Position numbers and translations under genes: made by a program. A stretch of DNA of 64,000 nt from Nymphaea colorata (lineage: Eukaryota): NCBI RefSeq assembly GCF_008831285.2, contig NC_045138.2, positions 12,710,001 to 12,774,000 on the forward strand, given 5' to 3'. Below are positions 39,789 through 51,240 of the stretch, piece after piece. The notes under the pieces are model-generated. The model was not told the DNA's origin, did no database searches, and was given only the letters and a program-made list of their open reading frames with translations. Within the stretch, counting starts at the first letter, position 1; every line of letters starts with the position of its first letter.

Positions 39789-42700
39789 ATCTCTATCTTC
39801 CTGCGTGAGTGCTGTTTTCTGGTTACAGATATTGGTGCTAGATTTCTATCATGGTATCAGAGCGCCAGGTTACGTTATCTCTACCAAACGAAATGCCCAA
39901 ACAGGTCTGATCTGGTTAGAACTCTTTTCTCATCTTGTCTCTATCCTGAATTTACTTTTCTCTTGCGCAATTCTTGTTCCTTTTTCTTCTTGCTTACCCA
40001 AGGACACATCTTGTTATATCGTGTCTTCTTTCCCTCTCATCTTCTACCTATATATCATTCCTTTCTGCTGTCATGGAAAACCTTTCGCATTCTGGCATGT
40101 CCTCAAGTTTTCTTCCTCACCTTATTACCGAAAAACTCAACCATGAGAATTATCTGATCTGGAAAAGGCAAATCATGCCTTTCATAAGAAGTCAAGGCCT
40201 CTTTGGACATCTCGATGGTTCAACAAAGCCTCCACCAATATTCATCTTACAGGAAATAAAAAATGAGGCAGGAGAAGTTATTGCTGTTCATGAAGACAAC
40301 AATCCTGAACATGTTATGTGGATGAGACGTGATCAAAGTCTGGTTGCGTATATTTTGTCCACTTTATCTCAACAAGTGTTACTTTCAGTTTCTGATGATT
40401 GTACTGCAGAAGAATTATGGGAAACCCTTGCTGATACCTTTTCCCAAATATCAGAAGCTCGAATTATGTACTTAAAGAAAGAATTTCAGAATTTGAGCAA
40501 AGGTTCAACGTCTATCATGGATTATTTGGCGCGTATTAAGGCCTTCGCAGACCAACTTGCTGCCTCAGGGAATAACATTTCTGATAAGGAAAAGGTGCAG
40601 CAAACTTTGAATGGACTTGGGCATGATTATCATGCTTTTATTACAGCTCTTGAGGTCCTTCCTGTTCTGCCTTCCTTCAACGAACTACAAGGTAAACTTC
40701 TCCAACATGAAATGAATATGAAAAGAGTCATTGAAAGGACTGATCAAGGAAACTCCCAAAATGTGTTGGCTATGAATGTAAAGTTTGGTAAGAGCCATGG
40801 GAACTCCAACCATGGTGGTCGTGGCATTCTACCAACACCACATAACCAAGGTATGTCTCCTTTGGATACTTCAAGAAAAATACCAATTTGTTTTCAGTGC
40901 AACAAGAAAGGACACATGAAGGCACAATGTTGGTTTAATCCTCAAAATAAAGACAAAGGGGTAAGACATGATTATAAACAAGGAGGACAAAGTTCTAAAT
41001 CCACCGCTGAAGATATGCAACAGCTATTGATGACCGCATTCTCAAAGATGACTATAAAGCAAAATGAGCAGGGAGAATGGTTCTTGGATTCAGGTGCAGC
41101 TACCCATGTGACAGGAAATGCAGGTAAATTGACTAACTTATCCCCTCATTACGGTAGAAGTTGCATTATAACAGGTGATGAAAAATCTCATCCTATTACA
41201 CATATTGGAAATGCACATATTCCATTGTCATCCTCGTCTCTATCACTGTCTAATGTTGTTCTTGCTCCCAATATCAAAAAGAACATCATATCCATTTCTA
41301 AACTCATTGATGATACAAGCTCTTCTGTTGAATTCACACCTTCTTCTGTCTATGTCAAGGACCTCCAAACGAAGAAAATGTTCGCTAGAGGGGAGCGTCA
41401 AGGGAATATGTACGTCCTCAAGGAATGTCTACCCAAGGATTCATCCGCTTTTGATATAGGATTGAAGACATTTTCTCTTTCTCATAATGCGTCATCAGTG
41501 CCAAGTTCTTGCCATTTTCAATCAAAAGTAAGGGGCCCTAACCAATTTTTGGAGTCTGATTTGTGGCATAGTCGGCTAGGACACTGTGGTCGACATTTCA
41601 TTGAAAAACTTGTCACAGATAGTCTCATTCCAAGATCAAGTTTACCTCTTACTTCAAGTGTCAAAAAATGTTCAAGTTGTGGACTTTGTAAGAGTCATGT
41701 TTTCCCTTTCCATAATATAAATCAAAGGGCTTCCAAACCTTTTGAAACTATTTTTTCTGATGTATGGGGGCCAGTCCCTATTGATTCCATGTCTGGGTCA
41801 AGATATTATGTCTTATTCATTGACTCTTACTCACGTTTCACCTGGATTTACTTCATGAAACACAAATCAGAAGTACCTCACATATTTCGAAACTTCTATG
41901 CCATGATTCAAACTAAATTTTCATCCAATGTGGTGCATTTTCAATGTGATGGAGGGGGAGAATATTCATCGCTTGATTTTATTGAATTTCTACGTGAAAA
42001 ATGGATAACTAGACAAATTTCCTGCCCTTACACACCACAACAAAATGGTGTAGTTGAGCGGAAACATCGACATATAGTTGAAAGCGCCATGAGCATGATG
42101 CATGATACTAATGTGCCCATTTCCTTGTGGACTGAAGCCTTCCATACTGCTGTATACATAATAAATTGTTTGCCTATGACACTCTTGATGTCTAAATCGC
42201 CATATTTTACACTCTTAGGCAAACAACCTGATTACAAGAACTTGAAGGTTTTTTGTTGTGTATGCTATGTTCACGTTGATGCTGCCTTGAGGAACAAGTT
42301 TCAAGACAAAGCTATTCAATGTAGATTCGTTGGATATGCTGATGAATATAAAGGTTTTCGATGCTATGATCCAACAACTAAACGTATCAAAACTTCAAGA
42401 AATGTCATTTTTGATGAACATAGTTTTGATAATACAAATGAAATGCCTATGACCATTGAATCTTATGATCCCTGGACCAGTACACAGTTATTCAATGCAG
42501 ATCCTATTATAGAAAATGATGTGCATCAAAGTGAAGATTCAGAGAGAGCAATACAACCGTCGGATATGGCTCAAAGTGAAAATCAAGAAGATCCAACACA
42601 GTCATCAAGTCATCACGAAAACAATAATGAAGAACAGAACAACGATGCACATCGGTATTCGGGTCTTATCTACAGTCGACGACTAAGGGACAGAGATGCT

Positions 42701-44795
42701 CACAGTGAAGAAGACAACATGCCCCACCTTAGAAGATCCCAACGCATTCGTCATCCCATTCACAGGTGGGTTAGCTATGATTCTTTATCACTTGATTTTC
42801 AGTTATTCATGGCAAAAGTTGGCAAGGAGGAAGAACCTACTTCATTTGATCAAGCATCAAAATCACATCATTGGAGAAAGGCTATGAAAGAAGAAATGGA
42901 TGCCTTGCATGAATGTGGAACATGGGAGATCGTTCCGAGGCCACACGAAAAGAACGTAGTGGGCTCCAAATGGGTATACAAAATTAAATACAAACCTGAC
43001 GGCAGCATAGAAAGACACAAAGCAAGGTTAGTAGCAAAAGGGTTTACACAACAATATGGAGAAGATTATGATGAGACATTCAGCCCTGTGATCAAAATGG
43101 GAATAATTCGCGTGATTATATCATTGGCAGTTGAATATGGATGGAGACTACATCAAATGGACGTGAAGAATGCTTTTCTTCATGGTGATTTAAGGGAGGA
43201 AGTATATATGGAACAACCTCCAGGATACAAGAAAGGAGACTCTCATGCATGGGTTTGCAAACTAAGAAAATCTATTTATGGACTTAAACAGGCCTCACGT
43301 TCGTGGTTTGACAGTTTCTCTTGCAAGATTCAAGAATGTGGTTTTCGAAGATGTCCTCTAGATCACTCTCTTTTCATTTATCGAAAGGAAAACATATTTA
43401 CTTTACTTCTTATATATGTTGATGATATTGTTATCACAGGCAATTCAGAAAAACACATAGAAGAAGCTAAAGTTTTGATGATGCAAAACTTCAAAATGAA
43501 AGAGCTTGGTGATTTACGATTCTTTCTTGGAGTGGAGATTGATAGGCACAATAATCGCCTCACATTGACACAACAGAAATACACGTTGGATCTGCTGAAA
43601 AAGTCAGGTATGTCTGATTGTAAGCCTGTTGGAACTCCTAGTGTTCTAAATCAAAGACTAAGTGCTCAAGATGGGGAGTTATATGAAGATCCTACGCAAT
43701 ATTGAAGTATTGTTGGGGCACTTCAATATCTTACATTTACTAGACCAGATATTATATATGTTGTGAATCAAGTATCTCAATTTATGCATGCACCTAGAGA
43801 TACTCACATGGATGCTGTCAAAAGAATATTAAGATATCTTAAAGGGACAGCAGGAGATGGCTTAGTTTATGGTAAGAGTGAAAATATAACTACTGGACAT
43901 CAACTTATGACATTCACAGATGCAGATTGGGCTGGAGATCCCGATCAAAGAAAGTCCATTTCTGGTTTTTGTATTTTCATTGGACGTAATCTTGTGTCTT
44001 GGAGTTGTCGAAAGCAAAAGGCAGTAGCAAGATCCAGCACTGAAGCTGAATACAGATGCATGGCTGCAGGTACTGCTGAAGTTACATGGGTTAGACATTT
44101 GCTAGAAGACATTGGAGAAAAGATTAAAACATCAATGTTAATGTGCGATAATCAAAGCGCTATTAACATTGCCTTTAATCCCGTACAACATGGTCGAACA
44201 AAGCACATTGAGATTGATCAACACTTTGTTAGACAAAAGGTGGAAGACAAGGAGATTCAACCTATTTATGTTCGTACAGATGAACAAGTTGCAGACTTAC
44301 TTACAAAAGGATTAACAAAGGAACGATTCTGGTTTCTAAAAGGCAAGTTGTACATGGTGCAAAACCATGCACAACTTGAGGGAGGGTGTTAAAATATAAA
44401 TCCTTCACCAGCACGTTGAAGAGGAGTCTCTTAGGATTCCACCTCCTTGTAGAATGTGTTAAGATATTTAATGTCCTTGTAACATGTGAAGAGTCTCCTA
44501 GGATTCTATGTTTTAGTTAATATCCTTGTAATATGTGAAGTCTCTTAGGTTTCTATGATGTAATTAATGTCCTTGGAGCTTGTGAAATCTCCTAGGATTC
44601 TACGATTGGAGACTCTTATAATTCTGGAAATGGGATTATAAATAGAGGCCGTGCAAACCATTTTGGCCACGGCTTCTTCTCCTCAGTTTCTTCTTGTTTT
44701 CATTCTCTCTCTCCCTCTCTCTCTCCCTCTCTCTCTCTATCTTCCTGCGTGAGTGCTGTTTTCTGGTTACAGATATTGGTGCTAGATTTCTATCA
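39437..44795 (+). mobile_element. Full-length, young Ty1/Copia LTR retrotransposon (Ale/Retrofit-like) (Copia-B)
   Basis: LTRs 39437-39851 and 44387-44795 differ by only ~3 substitutions and a 6-bp microsatellite indel. 5-bp TSD ATAAG. PBS TGGTATCAGAGC at 39852-39863 and PPT GAGGGAGGG at 44378-44386. Confidence 0.97.
40073..44392 (+). pseudogene. Copia gag-pol polyprotein (1440 codons) with a single premature stop
   Basis: ATG 40073, then gag, CFQCNKKGHMKAQC, WFLDSGA, HHCC and integrase core, YVDD, and RNase H DADWAG/EAEY/CDN. One in-frame TGA at 43703-43705, where Copia-A has CGA. The terminal stop lies in the first bases of the 3' LTR. Confidence 0.92.
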
Positions 44796-45146
44796 ATAAG
44801 ATATTGAATAAAATATGTATTTCATGCAGCAGTAACTTTCTATTGTATCCATTCCCTTCAATGTTCTGCATTAAGGCTGAAAAGTTAAACCAATCATATA
44901 GGAAAGGAGCAGGAAAGCAAGAATATTGAGAAAACAAGAGTGACACTAAAGCAATGGCTGTACTTCAACTTACAGATGTACAATTGGCAATACTAAAACA
45001 CAATGTTCATACACCTAACAAGGGAAAACTATAAATCTTGAAGCAGGATAACTGTCGTCAAATTCTGTAATTCTTCAACAAGAAAACAACTTACAGTACA
45101 TTTCCAAATGGAATGTTTCGTTAAATGAATTTGCACTTACCGAGCT

Positions 45147-48100
45147 TCACCCACCAATGTGTATCATCGGTCTGTTCGCCGTCTTTGCCAGTTGAAACAT
45201 ATCAGCATGAGCAAATTTCTTTCTCTTCACCTGACAGAAGGAAACAAACATATAGAAAGGAATTACATTACGATATTCAAACTGATTAACTTTGCAATTT
45301 TAATACCAAGAGAAGTGACAGGATCTTCAAGAAGGGAATGCCATCAATACAAAGATCTTCACCACTATCATGTGAGAGCTGAGAGCTTTCTAGGGCCTTG
45401 CAGGGTATTACGGCCAATTTGTGTGTGGATATGGTATACTTGCAGTCGGATTAACGACACTGACCAAGAAGGGACAGTTTGAGTGGAGGTGAAGACAGAA
45501 GAAGCTTTTCACACCCTCAAGAAGGCAGTGACATCAGCTCCTATGCTTCAAATTCCAGACTTCTAACTCACATTTGTGGTAGAATCTGATGCTTCTGACA
45601 CAGGAGTAGGTGCAACACCGAGTCAAAACCAACACCCTATCGCCTTTCGCAGCAAGGCCATGGGTTCTACTTTCAGTGCCAAATCTGCCTACGAATAAGA
45701 GCTTATAGCCATTGCTTTGGCAGTTATGAAGTGGAGGCACTACTTAATGGGCCAGCAATTTGTGGTACTCACTGACCACTACAGTCTGAAATTTTGCTTG
45801 CAGCAGCAACTTTCAACCCCTACCCTTCAGAAATAGATGTTTAAGTTGATAGGGTTCGATTCGAAGTGAAGTTCCATAAAGGGAAGGAAAATGGTGCAGC
45901 CAATGGTCTTTCTAGAGTGGTGGAACAGCAAAATGACTTGCTACTCCTGGCATTATTAGAGCCAGGTCGACTTATGGGAGCAAATTAAACAGGCTCATCA
46001 GAATGCATGGAGCAAACTAAACAGGCTCATCAGAATGCATCTTCTGTTATGCGCATTAGGTAGTAGCTGAAAACATAGGCATTGAAGGCCTACAGGTACC
46101 AATGGAGAGATCTTTACTTGTATCATCATGGTAGAGTCTTTATACCTCCAGAGATGGACCTGCCTATGATACTTACGGAACATTACCATGGTAACAATGC
46201 AGCTGGTTACAAGGGAGCTGAAAGTACTTATCACCACATGAAGCCCTCTTTTTACTGGCCTCGGATGAAACGAGCAGTCAGGGAGTTCATCAAACGGTGT
46301 GAAGTGTGTCAGCGTTATAAGTAGAAACTTAGACGCCCGCTGCCCTGCTCCAACTTGCCCATACCAGAGCAAATTTGGGAAGACAATTTTATTGATTTCA
46401 AGGAAGGACTGCCTGCCTCGCATGGAAAATCTGTCATATTAGTTATGGTTGACCGCCTGTCAAAGTACACACGTTTTGTGCCTCTTGCACATCCCTATAT
46501 AGCTAAATTAGTGGCCAAAACCTTTCAGGATTATGTGCGAAAACTTCTTGGAATGACATGCTTTATTACAAGTGACTGTGACCCCTTGTTCTTAAGCTCT
46601 TTTTGGTATGAATATTTCAGGTTGTAGGGCACTAAATTGCAGATGAGTACCTACCTACTATCATCCACAGACCGATGGGCAAACGGAGGTGGTTAATCGG
46701 TGTTTGGAGATGTATTTATGCTGTTCTGTGGGACAGCATGCCAGACTATGAGCCGACTATCCATCTTGGGCAGAAGTAGCATATGATACCAGTTGGCACT
46801 CGGCAACAGACCTATCTCCATTTGAGGCCATCTATGTCAGACCCCACCAGACATTAGATATTACCAACCTGGGTCCGCAAAAGAGAAGGATCAAGGAAGT
46901 CAACCTACAGCTCCGATGCAGAGATGCAGTGCTTAAGGAGCTTAAGCAACACCTTTCTGCTGCAAGAAATAGAATGGTGCTCCAGTAAAACAGAAAACAC
47001 CATGACCTGAAATTCAATGAAGAGGACTGGATCTCCTTACGTTGACCTTAACAGGGACCTGCCTGGCGTCTTCCAAAAGTCTTCAACAAACTTGCTCCTT
47101 GTTACATTGGACCCAACACAATTATCTACTGCCACCTACCTATCCATATAGACGCCTGGGTATCTATAAGATTAGAAGAGATGGTGCCTGGGTGACAGAA
47201 TGGCTCATAGAATGGTCCAACTATGATAATCTTCCAGCAACTTGGGAGCAGCTAAAGAGATACACAGGAGCCTGACTTCACACCTTGAGGACAAGGTGGT
47301 TTTTCGTAAGGGGAACAAGTTGTTAGACCCGACCCAGATTAAGTAGAAGAGGCCCCTTGTCTCTTTATGTGTCCAATTCAGTGAGTCGGATGTCTTACTC
47401 AATGTAACAGATTTGGGTCAGGTGGACTAGTTAGGATGCTGTAATAAACCCACCCAACTGTGAGGTATATATATATTGTAGAAGGGATTAAACCCCAATC
47501 ATAGAGATACTTTTTTTACAATCTGGGCTTCTGAGTGCATGCATAGTGGAGAGAAGAATGTGTGAGTTTTGTTAGCAGAGCTAACACTGTTTGATCTGAA
47601 AAAACAACTCAAGCTAAAAAGAGCAAAAACAAGCACATCAAATGGCCAAAGAGTAAAGACAAACTAACAAAAATTATACAAGTTTGCCACAATGCAGCAT
47701 TGAAATATGAGGATCTAATAGTACTAGTGATCAGTACTCCTCAACAGTAAACAAGAGAAGAACATAATTTTTTTTTCATACATAATTTAAAGAAAAAAAA
47801 CTTATAATATACATACCGCTGCCCCAATGATTTCCTTCAACCCATCATCATCAATACCATTGCGAATTGGATCTCTTAAACTTACCTGTTGCAGATCTCA
47901 CCAACCAGAGAATGAGTAATTGGTAGTCAAAATCACATGTTAAACCCATAAAGCAACATCTAGCCAATGTCATATTATTGAGGTCTTCTTAGGAATTTCA
48001 CTGTGTTCTAGCATACATATTTATCTAAAAGATACCTCTAAACATTCTTCCCAACATCTGCCACATCATAATGCCACAATGACCAAAAAAAGAAAGCGGC

Positions 48101-50977
48101 TATGGAGCATTAATATGAAAAAATCAGAACATACCAAAGAGGAATAATAATGCTGAGCAAACTGTTGACTGTTTTGTTGTTAATTTCATTAAAATTGTAA
48201 ACAACTAAAAATAAATATTGAGCACCAGGCACCAGTTCATTCTCCATCCATTAACTGCAAATGTTATGAACACCAATAGGTTGATCATAGTATGAGGACT
48301 GTAAGATCCATATTGTTAAGTGCATGTTGGTCAGGACAGGGGAAAGACGGAACAAACAGCAGCAGCTTATTATTGACTAGGTCCTACAGGTTGATACCAA
48401 CAAAGCAGTGAACAATTCTCCAAGTACAACAAAAACTTGCCGGCTTTAGAGTGAGATAGTGCCATGGTTCCCTAGAAGTACTAGGTGCATTATTTCATAC
48501 ATCTTAGACATTCATTAGCTTACAAAAACCAGGGTTATGATACTCTGCTCACTGGCAGAATTTCTGCTTTCTCTCTGCTAATCTACTGAGCACATTTTCA
48601 CCATTCTGTGCAATATCAGAATTCAATGGCTGCAAACTATTATGAAGGTATTAAAAACTTGGGGTGATAATATTAGACCCACCTTATGACTTTTCCAGTT
48701 TGTGAATTTGTTTCATAAAAGTTTTGACACATACTTGTCAGTTATTTGAAGTATGCCAACACCCTACCTTCTTCAAGAAACCTTTTGACATTTGCCGCTA
48801 ATCTGGATTGTTTATCACATGCTCCGTATTATCATAAAAAGTGGTAACAGCAGATAAACATGGACCATTATTAAGTACATAAAGGGAACTCTCATTTACC
48901 ATTGACAAAGATGTTGAACCCCTAACATATGATTGAATTCTAGGTCTTGTGGACACTCTTGGAAAGGCACTATGCCCGTGTCAACACTGCTGGACACTGG
49001 CAGGTACAGGACAAGGTTTGGGCATGGTAGACTTATGTTTTTTTGTTTGGTAAAATGTGTACTTTATGAATATAGACAATGAGTATATGTTTGTTTGCTT
49101 AAAATCTATATACATAAATAAATAAATAAATAAATAAATGTGTATACATATATATATATATTTATATATATACATTTGAAAATAACTTGCACCAGTATCC
49201 ACACTCTCACCCGTGTTTGCACCTGTACAAACATCCACGTTACATAGCTTGCTGGTGTCACTGGTAATGACATAACTATGTCTTTCATCACGACTCCTAT
49301 TTTTCAAAATATGCATGATTTTATCTCCATGTGAAAAATACACTATGAACAAAAAGACATCCAACAGTTGTCTTCAGCAGAAAATTGATGACAAATGGAC
49401 ATGGAATCTTTTTCATGCGATGTAGATCAGATACCTCAGAGGGACCAAAAAGGCACACTTTGAAGTTTCCATCAGCGAGAATGCGCAACCTATTGCATCC
49501 AGCACAAAAATGCTCTGTCATTGATGTTATGAAAGAGACCGTTCCACAAAAGTGATCAACTTTAAAACTTTTGGCTGTATCTGTGTGATGGTCATGCAAT
49601 TTCTTTAACTTGCCAAATCTTTTTTCCTGCTCACAAGAATCTTAAACAAATGACGAAGGACAAATAAACTTTAGAAAAGTAATAAGACAACCAATAGAGA
49701 CTCTGTCAGTGGTCTACCTTACCACTCTATCCAACATCTCTGCATAAGGTACAAGCTTTTTTATGTTCCACACGTTCCCATCAAAAGGCATGAACTCAAT
49801 AAACCGGATATTAACAGGTTTGTACCGTGTCATTTCCACAAAATCACATAGCTCATCATCATTAATACCACGCATTACAACGCAGTTTACCTGGATTTTG
49901 ACATTCCAATCATATCAAAAGGATATCCATTCTAGTCGGTTTAATCAGAAGTTCAAATATAGACATGTGAAGGATAATGACAGCCCAACAGAATGACATT
50001 ATGACAAATGACCACAAGAGGATAAATCAAACACAGCAAGAACTAGTAAGAGATAGAGGACAAACCAGCCAAGCAATCTAGCCAGACATGTAGAAAAATA
50101 AATGCTTACTTTCACAGGATTGTATCCGAGGCCTATTGAAGCATCAATTGACTCCAGAACCTTTTCATGTCCTCTCCGGCGAGTCATGAACTCAAACTTT
50201 GTAGGAACCAGCGTGTCCAAACTAATGTTGATAGACTTTAATCCATTTTCTTTTAATTTTGGGAGCTTCCTTGCGAGAGCTATACCATTCGTAGTCATGG
50301 CCAAAGACTTTAAGCCCTTCAAGCTAGACAGCTGCAGGCAAACGTCCTCAATATCCTTCCTTACAGTTGGCTCCCCACCAGTCAGACGAATTTTATCCAC
50401 ACCAGAACTGACAAAGATATTAGCAAGCCTGACAATCTCGTCTGTTGTTAGAAGTTCAGGTTTGGGAGTAAGTTCAACACCCTCAGCTGGCATACAATAC
50501 TGACACCTGAGGTTGCACCTCTCAGTTAATGAAATCCTTAAATAAGTATGCATTCTTCCAAATGAATCAATTAACATATCCGAAACGGGACAGTCATTCT
50601 GAACAGTCTCAATCGACAGATTTGCACAAGACGTGGAGCACATCCTCATCTGAGTTTCATCACGAGCAAAACGGGGCATCTGCGTGCTTCTAGGTGAAGC
50701 AGAGAAACCAAATTTGCGCACAAATCTGAAAGTGTAGGCATCAGTCTGTTGTAACAAAACCAACAATCAGAAAATCTGTTGATAACCTCCTATACGTCCA
50801 GATTATTACGAGAACCAATTTAGTACTAAAAAAGGAATAATTGCAGTGCATAGAAGCAATTTCGTCTCAAAACAGATTGATTATTGAAATTTCACTCACG
50901 CAATCACCAAACAGACGATATTTCGAACTCAATGAACGTCGATGATGACTGAGATCGCGAAACCACCACCCTCGCAT
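45147..50977 (-). CDS. CNX2: GTP 3',8-cyclase (molybdenum cofactor biosynthesis, MoaA/MOCS1A family), mitochondrial precursor, 408 aa
   Basis: Coding exons 50977-50900, 50745-50110, 49890-49723, 49626-49435, 47885-47817 and 45230-45147, all phase 0 (1227 nt). Radical-[24 protein letters not shown]-terminal cluster FCAGCNRLR...C and terminal RPMIHIGG*. The first coding exon ([22 protein letters not shown], Arg/Ser-rich) is less certain. Confidence 0.93.
45310..47586 (+). mobile_element. 5'-truncated Gypsy chromovirus (Reina-like) in the last coding intron of CNX2, antisense
   Basis: Degenerate LRAFLGLAGYY, VESDAS (RNase H), [35 protein letters not shown], chromodomain-like [17 protein letters not shown] and LEDK. 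A purine tract precedes a 266-bp LTR TGTTAG...CTAACA at 47321-47586. Confidence 0.85.
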
Positions 50978-50987
50978 CTCTCTTCCG

Positions 50988-51240
50988 CTGAAAAAAATTA
51001 GTGGGAAAGAGAAAAACAAAATTAAAGCTCAAGCATGCCATGAAACTACCGACTGGTCGTGGGTGAATTTGAAAGGAATCAAAAAGTCTTCCTCTTCCGA
51101 AAATCGGCCGCAAGAAAGCATCAGATTTCGTGAAAATCCGTCCACCATGCATCAACAGACTACCCAGAAAAAAAAAAAGAAAAAAAAACAGTATTCCACG
51201 AAACAAAGAAAAATATATAGAAAAAAAAAAGTAAACTTGC
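50988..51240 (-). other. Putative GC-AG 5'-UTR intron of CNX2
   Basis: Donor CTG|GCAAGT at 51240. A long pyrimidine tract and TTTTTTTCAG| acceptor at 50988 lie 10 nt before the ATG. Confidence 0.5.

Noticed and set aside
43703..43711. Programmed stop-codon readthrough in Copia-B
   Set aside because: The stop falls between RT and RNase H where the sister element has CGA, so a CpG transition is the simpler explanation.
38700..45146. Bicistronic CNX2-CNX3 (MOCS1A/B-like) locus
   Set aside because: No MoaC-like coding sequence is visible downstream of CNX2 on the minus strand within the window.
50102..50503. 133-aa plus-strand ORF, and similar antisense ORFs over XCP and the retroelements
   Set aside because: Antisense shadows of real coding exons.
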